A DNA stretch of 48,585 nucleotides from a virus. Taxonomy: Duplodnaviria; Caudoviricetes. The number at the start of each line of letters is the position of its first letter. Position 1 is the stretch's first letter. The stretch lies in the IMG/VR virus record IMGVR_UViG_3300023065_000152, positions 1 to 48,585 of that record, one strand, 5' to 3'. Under the pieces are notes generated by a model that did not search any database, was not told where the DNA came from, and saw nothing but the letters and a program-made list of their open reading frames with translations. Shown here piece by piece: positions 42,848 to 48,585 of the stretch. Both the position numbers and the translations under genes were made by a program.

Positions 42848-45295
42848 ATGTCAATTTCAGACACCTTAAAAGCACAGAAGTACGCTTCGATTGCGGAGAT
42901 CGCCGCAGCGCAAAGTAAGCTATATGCAGACAAACTGGAAGCGGCTCCCGATTACGCAGCGCAGGCTGCAGCATCAGCAAACCTTGCCGCTACGTCAGCT
43001 TCACAAGCAGAGTCTGCATCATTAACTTCGGTATCAGCAGCCAACTCTGCAACAGCATCAGCAATTTCTGCCTCTAACTCAGCCGAAGCAGCAGGAGAGG
43101 CCGCTGCTGATGCAATTCAAAACTACGTAGATCAGAGTGTCAGGGTTCCTGGTTCTGAAACGGTTAACCCAGTTCCAGCGGCGTCATCAAGAGCGAACGC
43201 TGTGTTTCTCTGGGATGGCGCATCACAGCCCACAGGAAAGCTTCTTTCTGAATTTGCTACTCTGGATGGTACCGGAAAGATTCCGGTGTCCATGATCCCA
43301 TCTATCGCATTAACGGAGCCATTTGTAGTTAGCTCCCAGTCGGCCATGCTTGCGCTAAATGCCCAAGTAGGGGATATCGCAAAAAGGACTGATTTAGGCT
43401 ACTCATTCTGCCTTGCAACATTGCCACCATCTACACTGGCGAACTGGGTTCAGCTTACTGATGATGTCCTGGCTCAGCTTGGATTGTCATCTGGCGCAAC
43501 GATGGTTGGTGCTGTTGACGATAGCTCAAATCCTACAACCGTTCAGGGCGCACTAAACCTGAAGGCCTCCATTGCATCTCTTGCTGCATCGACCGGCGCA
43601 ACATTAATTGGAGCGACTAACAATGCAGGGGCAACCTCGACAGTTCAGTCAGTCTTAAATCTGAAGCTGGAGAAGACAGAGTTAGCTGCAAATGACGGTG
43701 AAAAGTTTATTGGCATCTGCCCTTCAATAGCCACCCTGCGCTTAACAGAGCCTACATCGAATGGTCAAAGGATTACCCTAAGGGAATATACAACTGGTAC
43801 CGGTTATGGTGGTGGTCAGTTCAGGGCTATTCTGTCCGCATCGACGTATACGGATAACGGCGGAACAATCATCAAAACTACCGCCGGTAATGCGTGGCTA
43901 CGAATTAACGCGGATGTTGTAAACCCTTTAATGTTTGGGGCCGTTCCTCGCGTTGACGACACAACGCCATCTGCCCACGCAGCTATAACCAATGCGCACA
44001 ATGCGGCTAGCGGAAAGCTTGATGGTTTGGGTCTGACTTATAACGTCACAGACGAAACCAACTTTGCCAGCAGCACTCCTAAAAACAATGAGGATATAAA
44101 GCTATACTGCATTCCTTCCTCGGCTGTTGGGAATATTTTGCGCGTACAGAATGCTTCCCACCGCGTTAACAGAATCACTATTTTTGGTAACTCAACGGAT
44201 GCGGCTATCGGGATTAACCATAGCAGCACTGCAACAAATGCAGTTATCGAAAACTGCAGAGTAACCAACACAGGTCGAAATGGAATTCTGGCGCAGGGAT
44301 ATGGTGTCAAAATCAGGAATAACTTCACTGATGGATGCGGCTATGCGGGGACTGGTAACTTTAGGTTATCTATTCAGGTGAACGAAGCAGAGCATTGCAT
44401 TATAGAAGGGAATCAGTGCACAAACTGTGTTTGGGGAATTTTGACCCGTAATGAAATTGGAGTTACTCAAGGTTTCTTCAATGTCATGCGGAACAACATA
44501 ATTGTTTCCAAGTCTGGAAACGTATCCGATGCTCAGGGGATATCCGCCGCAGCGCAAGTGCATCTATCAACCATAGGTAACATTGTGAGGAATTTCCCAA
44601 ACAATGGGATTGACCATCAAAACTGTTTTGGAATGATTATTTCAGATAATCAGATAGTTAGTTGTAATGATGGTGTATTTATAGGGGATCGCTCATGCGG
44701 AAGGATCTTAATAACAAACAACAATATAGATGGATGTGTAACTGGAGTCAGATTCTACAACCCTGCAGGAACGTCCTGGCCAGGGCAAACATTCTCAGAC
44801 GTAAGAATATGCGGAAATGTTATATTCCAGTCAACGACATATGGCATTTGGGTGCCTATGGGCGGGGAAAGCAGCTCAAACTGGCTCATAGAGGTTGATG
44901 ACAACCTTGTAGATGGTCAAGGAATCGGTGGTCGCGGTATTGTTATGAGCAGCGTAACTCAGGGAAGTTGTAGCGGGAATATGGTTAGACGTGTAGCGCA
45001 GCATGGTATTGATTTAAGCTCTTGCGATAACATGAGAGTTGTTAACAACACCATACTTGATGCTGGGTACGGAACCACCGCAACCTATAACGGAATCAAT
45101 GCCGCAACCTGTTCTAGACTTACTTTAACTGGAAACTCCGCAACTGGCGCTTCTATGGTATACGCAGTTAACGTGAGCGGCGGAAGTCAAAACATTGTCG
45201 ACTCAGTAATCAGCAGAAGCCTTAGCGGCTCAACAGCTGTGAACGTTACCAGCAGCACAGGAACGCTAACAGGAACTCTTCTGATTAAAGGGTAA
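42848..45295 (+). CDS. Tailspike / putative polysaccharide depolymerase (right-handed beta-helix)
   Basis: Ala-rich N-terminus, GGGQF and NPLMFGA motifs, then many I-x-x-N / G-I beta-helix repeats. Confidence 0.85.
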   Translation: MSISDTLKAQKYASIAEIAAAQSKLYADKLEAAPDYAAQAAASANLAATSASQAESASLTSVSAANSATASAISASNSAEAAGEAAADAIQNYVDQSVRVPGSETVNPVPAASSRANAVFLWDGASQPTGKLLSEFATLDGTGKIPVSMIPSIALTEPFVVSSQSAMLALNAQVGDIAKRTDLGYSFCLATLPPSTLANWVQLTDDVLAQLGLSSGATMVGAVDDSSNPTTVQGALNLKASIASLAASTGATLIGATNNAGATSTVQSVLNLKLEKTELAANDGEKFIGICPSIATLRLTEPTSNGQRITLREYTTGTGYGGGQFRAILSASTYTDNGGTIIKTTAGNAWLRINADVVNPLMFGAVPRVDDTTPSAHAAITNAHNAASGKLDGLGLTYNVTDETNFASSTPKNNEDIKLYCIPSSAVGNILRVQNASHRVNRITIFGNSTDAAIGINHSSTATNAVIENCRVTNTGRNGILAQGYGVKIRNNFTDGCGYAGTGNFRLSIQVNEAEHCIIEGNQCTNCVWGILTRNEIGVTQGFFNVMRNNIIVSKSGNVSDAQGISAAAQVHLSTIGNIVRNFPNNGIDHQNCFGMIISDNQIVSCNDGVFIGDRSCGRILITNNNIDGCVTGVRFYNPAGTSWPGQTFSDVRICGNVIFQSTTYGIWVPMGGESSSNWLIEVDDNLVDGQGIGGRGIVMSSVTQGSCSGNMVRRVAQHGIDLSSCDNMRVVNNTILDAGYGTTATYNGINAATCSRLTLTGNSATGASMVYAVNVSGGSQNIVDSVISRSLSGSTAVNVTSSTGTLTGTLLIKG

Positions 45296-45322
45296 AAAAA
45301 GCGCCCCGGCAGGGGCGCATTC
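45294..45322. terminator. Terminator between the convergent tailspike and gtr genes
   Basis: A7-GCGCCCC-GGCA-GGGGCGC. Confidence 0.7.
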
Positions 45323-46795
45323 TTAAAATTTAATATCAAACTGCTTATTCTTTTCGATATCCGGCTGAACCTTGATAGTAATATTCCTGTCTATCACGCC
45401 ATTTGATTTCAATGTCCAGGATATCTCCCTTCCTCTTGTTACTGGTATAGGCCAGTTATCTGCATCATTACTAAATGGAACGTACAGTGTCATCTCTCTC
45501 TTGTTTTCAGCTACTGCATTTTCAACTTGCGTTATCATATCCTGAGTAACTGCGTTGGCTTTATTGTATGTAAGGCCATTATTCTGCGGATATTTTAATG
45601 AATGATTCTGACTTGTGCAGGCGTTAACAAGTATCAACAATACAACAGGAGTTAAGTAAATGGCATAATTATGCTTCAGTAATGAAGCAATGCCAAATGA
45701 TGAAAGTACGATCATATACATCAGAACACCCCACATCACAACAGGCTTTCCTATGTACCCAGGGCTGGCTTTAGCACTTATCATTACCAAAGCTATGAAT
45801 ATGATAAGCATTGATATTAATGAGATTAAAACTAATCTGCATTTTTCTTCCTGGCTCATGACTGCTGATACACATGAAATCGCGCAAGCTACGAAGCCAA
45901 CAACAAGAACAACGATAAACACGCCACTCATCTGGGAAAGAAGACCGAAGGCATTGTGAATGGTTCCTGCAAAGTCCAGTGATGCCTTGCCCATCCTCTC
46001 TGCACGTCCGCCATTTGCTTCAAAGACAGTAGATATAACCCAAAGCACCAATACAGCAACATGCAGTGGATATGTTTTGACAGCGTTAACAATTTTGAAT
46101 CTGGAAGAGATTAATTCAATAAGAATTACCGAGCCACATGTCACCGCAAGAATAACGCTAGAGAAAATGTTGGAAAAGATGGAAAGATAAATCGAAAGAA
46201 TGATGAAGCCAGAAACAACCGGATTCGTCATCAGAATAGATTTAAGGTCTTTACCTTTTCTGAGAACATATAGCGTAACAGCGCCATTTAGAAGTGCCGG
46301 GAGAAGATAGTGGTAATAGCATGTTAAGTTCTGTTCCCAAAGCATGTATGTGCTTTTGCTATCGTTGAGAGTCCTGAACAGGCCAAACAAGCACAGGTAA
46401 TGAAAGAATGTGACAACAATGCCAGAATATAGCGAGCATCCCATTCGTTCAATGGCAAAAAGATAGAACTGTCTTAAATACACAACAACCATAACTGCAA
46501 TAAATGCTGCAGTGAAAAAAGTGACAGACTGAAGAAATGAGAGACCAATCGGCATTAGAGTAAAAGATGCCACGTTGATCAGAAGAGGGAAAGACACCTC
46601 TGGAACAACCTTGATTGGGTTGAAGCCATGCCACTCAGGCCATGCCTTTCTTCCCAGGGAAAGATTGTACCATTCATCACCTGTGAAAATTGTGGTCGGA
46701 TGGATGAACCCAAAAAATACGAAAACAGAAAGCAGCACAAAGAGATAGAATGACCATTCTATCTTGCAACCTTTAAATCCGCTAGACTCTAACAT
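45323..46795 (-). CDS. Serotype-specific O-antigen glucosyltransferase (GtrC-like polytopic membrane protein)
   Basis: Many TM segments, early DE motif (FTGDEW), low GC, third gene after gtrAB. Confidence 0.8.
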   Translation of the reverse strand: MLESSGFKGCKIEWSFYLFVLLSVFVFFGFIHPTTIFTGDEWYNLSLGRKAWPEWHGFNPIKVVPEVSFPLLINVASFTLMPIGLSFLQSVTFFTAAFIAVMVVVYLRQFYLFAIERMGCSLYSGIVVTFFHYLCLFGLFRTLNDSKSTYMLWEQNLTCYYHYLLPALLNGAVTLYVLRKGKDLKSILMTNPVVSGFIILSIYLSIFSNIFSSVILAVTCGSVILIELISSRFKIVNAVKTYPLHVAVLVLWVISTVFEANGGRAERMGKASLDFAGTIHNAFGLLSQMSGVFIVVLVVGFVACAISCVSAVMSQEEKCRLVLISLISMLIIFIALVMISAKASPGYIGKPVVMWGVLMYMIVLSSFGIASLLKHNYAIYLTPVVLLILVNACTSQNHSLKYPQNNGLTYNKANAVTQDMITQVENAVAENKREMTLYVPFSNDADNWPIPVTRGREISWTLKSNGVIDRNITIKVQPDIEKNKQFDIKF

Positions 46796-46811
46796 TACAT
46801 CCTCCCAAGAA

Positions 46812-47723
46812 TCATTTCTTCAAAACATATCGAGGTCGGTTCTTTACCTCAACATAAATCCTGCCAATGTACTCGCCCAGAACACCAATCCCAATCAACT
46901 GAACCCCACCAAGGAATAGTATTGATACCAGCATGGAAGGATATCCGCGAACCGGATTGCCGAATGCTAATGTGTCGACGATCATCCATGCGCCATATAC
47001 GAACGCCATGCTGGCAACGAATAAACCGATATAAGTCCACATGCGCAACGGGAACGTCGAAAAGCTTGTAATTCCTTCCAATGCCAAATTCCATAGCTTC
47101 CAGCCATTGAACTTGGTACTCCCGGCAACACGCTCCGCCCTTGCATATTCGACCACATCGGTACGGCCACCAACCCAGCTCAACACGCCTTTCATGAATA
47201 GATTACGCTCAGGCATGAGCTTGATATTCTCAACAACATCGCGAGACATCAGGCGGAAATCGCCGACGTTTTCCTCTATCTGTGGGTTACTGATTTTATT
47301 GTGGAGCTTATAGAACCATTCAGCAGTCTTGCGCTTCAGTCTTCCATCTGTAGAGCGGTCAGTGCGCTTAGCCAACACCATATCTGCACCAGCCTGCCAT
47401 TTCTCAATCAGGTGTGGAATTACCTCAATTGGGTCCTGCAGGTCAACGTCAATTGGTATTATTGCCTCGCCGGTTGCGTGGTCTAGCCCGGCAAACAGAG
47501 CTGGTTCTTTACCGAAGTTACGTGTGAATGACAATGGAACAACTAACGGGTCAGCAATAGCAAGCGCATTTATAATTGATTCTGTTGAGTCTTTACTGCC
47601 GTCATTGATGAAGATGATTTCAACATCATGCGGCTGCAGACCTTCAAATTCCCGCACAGTTTTATAGAAGATTGGAATGGCTTCCTCTTCATTAAACACT
47701 GGCACGACCAAAGAAATTTTCAT
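46812..47723 (-). CDS. gtrB: Bactoprenol glucosyltransferase
   Basis: [32 protein letters not shown], two C-terminal TMs. Confidence 0.96.
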   Translation of the reverse strand: MKISLVVPVFNEEEAIPIFYKTVREFEGLQPHDVEIIFINDGSKDSTESIINALAIADPLVVPLSFTRNFGKEPALFAGLDHATGEAIIPIDVDLQDPIEVIPHLIEKWQAGADMVLAKRTDRSTDGRLKRKTAEWFYKLHNKISNPQIEENVGDFRLMSRDVVENIKLMPERNLFMKGVLSWVGGRTDVVEYARAERVAGSTKFNGWKLWNLALEGITSFSTFPLRMWTYIGLFVASMAFVYGAWMIVDTLAFGNPVRGYPSMLVSILFLGGVQLIGIGVLGEYIGRIYVEVKNRPRYVLKK

Positions 47724-48082
47724 TTCGCATCCCTAAAGACAATGAATTTTGAGTATATGAACCCGGCAACAAGACTGAACCCTGAGAACGCTATTAGGGT
47801 TACAATCGGCGGTGCACCAATCGCATCCGCGATGTACCCTGTCATTCCAGCCATGATGCACATAAATGAGACGAACGCTATATAACGCCCTGACGTTGCC
47901 TGTGACCTGAACGTCCATTTTGCGTTAGCGAAGAAACTAAACGTAACCGCAATACTGAATGCGATCACATTTGCTACGGCCTGAGTGGCTCCAAGAAAAT
48001 GCAGAAGCGCACCGAAGCATAACCAGTGCAGAGCGGTGTTAATCACGCCTACTGAAATGTAGCGACTAAATAACTTTAACAT
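47720..48082 (-). CDS. gtrA: Bactoprenol-glucose flippase
   Basis: [16 protein letters not shown]...[11 protein letters not shown]; 4 TMs. Confidence 0.95.
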   Translation of the reverse strand: MLKLFSRYISVGVINTALHWLCFGALLHFLGATQAVANVIAFSIAVTFSFFANAKWTFRSQATSGRYIAFVSFMCIMAGMTGYIADAIGAPPIVTLIAFSGFSLVAGFIYSKFIVFRDAK

Positions 48083-48160
48083 TAGAAATATCAGTCAATT
48101 CTGAAAGGGCTGAAGTTTAGCACCTGATCAACCATTGATCACCCCCAATGATTAATTATA

Positions 48161-48176
48161 CTGTATGAGCATACAG
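48161..48176. promoter_or_regulatory. LexA (SOS) box overlapping the promoter of the umuD-like gene
   Basis: CTGTATGAGCATACAG (CTG-N10-CAG, near-perfect palindrome); TTGATC (48135) and TATACT (48157) promoter elements. Confidence 0.9.
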
Positions 48177-48195
48177 TGTTTATGGGAGGTGAGTT

Positions 48196-48585
48196 ATGGG
48201 ATTCCCAAGTCCAGCACAAGACTACGTTGAAGATCGCATATCGCTAGACAAGCGTCTTATCGCGCATCCTGCAGCCACGTACATGATGATAGCTGGCTCT
48301 ACATACCTGCGCGCCGGAATCATGAAGGGCGCAATGCTTATCGTCGATTCGTCTCTGACACCGAAAGACGGTTCTCTGCTGGTGTGCACTATTGATGGTG
48401 AATTCAGGATTATGCGCTACAGGACACATCCTCAGCCGTATCTGGAAAACCCTGAAAATGGGAGGAGGGAGCCGTTACCGCAGAAGGACGAAGTGTCGGA
48501 TACATCGCGGCCGGTGTTTGGTGTGATTACGTATTGCATCAACGATGCCCGGTCAGGTGAGTTTGATGATTGCCCGGTGATGTGA
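48196..48585 (+). CDS. UmuD'-like (HumD-like) protein
   Basis: Starts MGFPSPAQDYVE, equivalent to cleaved UmuD'; catalytic Ser/Lys positions appear substituted. Confidence 0.85.
   Translation: MGFPSPAQDYVEDRISLDKRLIAHPAATYMMIAGSTYLRAGIMKGAMLIVDSSLTPKDGSLLVCTIDGEFRIMRYRTHPQPYLENPENGRREPLPQKDEVSDTSRPVFGVITYCINDARSGEFDDCPVM

Larger units (their letters stand above)
1055..48585. mobile_element. Temperate prophage (lambdoid/P22-like early region, contractile-tail virion module) integrated at tRNA-Arg; right end not reached
   Basis: Integrase next to the tRNA; immunity, replication, lysis, head, tail and gtr modules follow in canonical order. No second copy of the tRNA 3' end seen. Confidence 0.95.

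Noticed and set aside
41508-45295. Invertible tail-fibre cassette or diversity-generating retroelement
   Set aside because: No invertase, reverse transcriptase, inverted repeats or TR/VR pair noticed in the window.
48083-48585. attR
   Set aside because: No repeat of the tRNA-Arg 3' end seen; the prophage end lies beyond the window.

Overview
Enterobacteriaceae chromosome segment. It opens with a host EAL-domain gene and tRNA-Arg(TCT) (argU-type). A temperate prophage begins right after the tRNA and runs off the right edge; no attR is visible in the window. The early region is lambdoid/P22-like: int-xis, ea-type accessory genes, an HNH-AP2 insertion, ssb, erf, kil, cIII, N with nutL/nutR, cI-cro-cII, oop, a ParB-like gene, O/P with iterons, a nin region with rusA, and Q. 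Next come a long, highly structured late leader and the lysis genes (holin, SAR endolysin, Rz, Rz1). The virion module is contractile-tailed: terminase, portal, MuF, DUF2213-type protease, capsid, sheath, tube, tape measure, baseplate, Gly-rich fibre and beta-helix tailspike. The window ends with a gtrABC-type O-antigen modification operon and a LexA-boxed UmuD'-like gene. Most notable: the prohead protease carries an intact R-S-ExE ADP-ribosyltransferase domain, flanked by a hydrophobic-A-x-D motif that also recurs in the portal, MuF, scaffold tail and capsid N-terminus. This suggests a protease-released enzyme delivered in the virion. Several unannotated structured RNAs also sit in the N leader and the late leader. 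Family names are from motif recognition and gene order, not from database searches.
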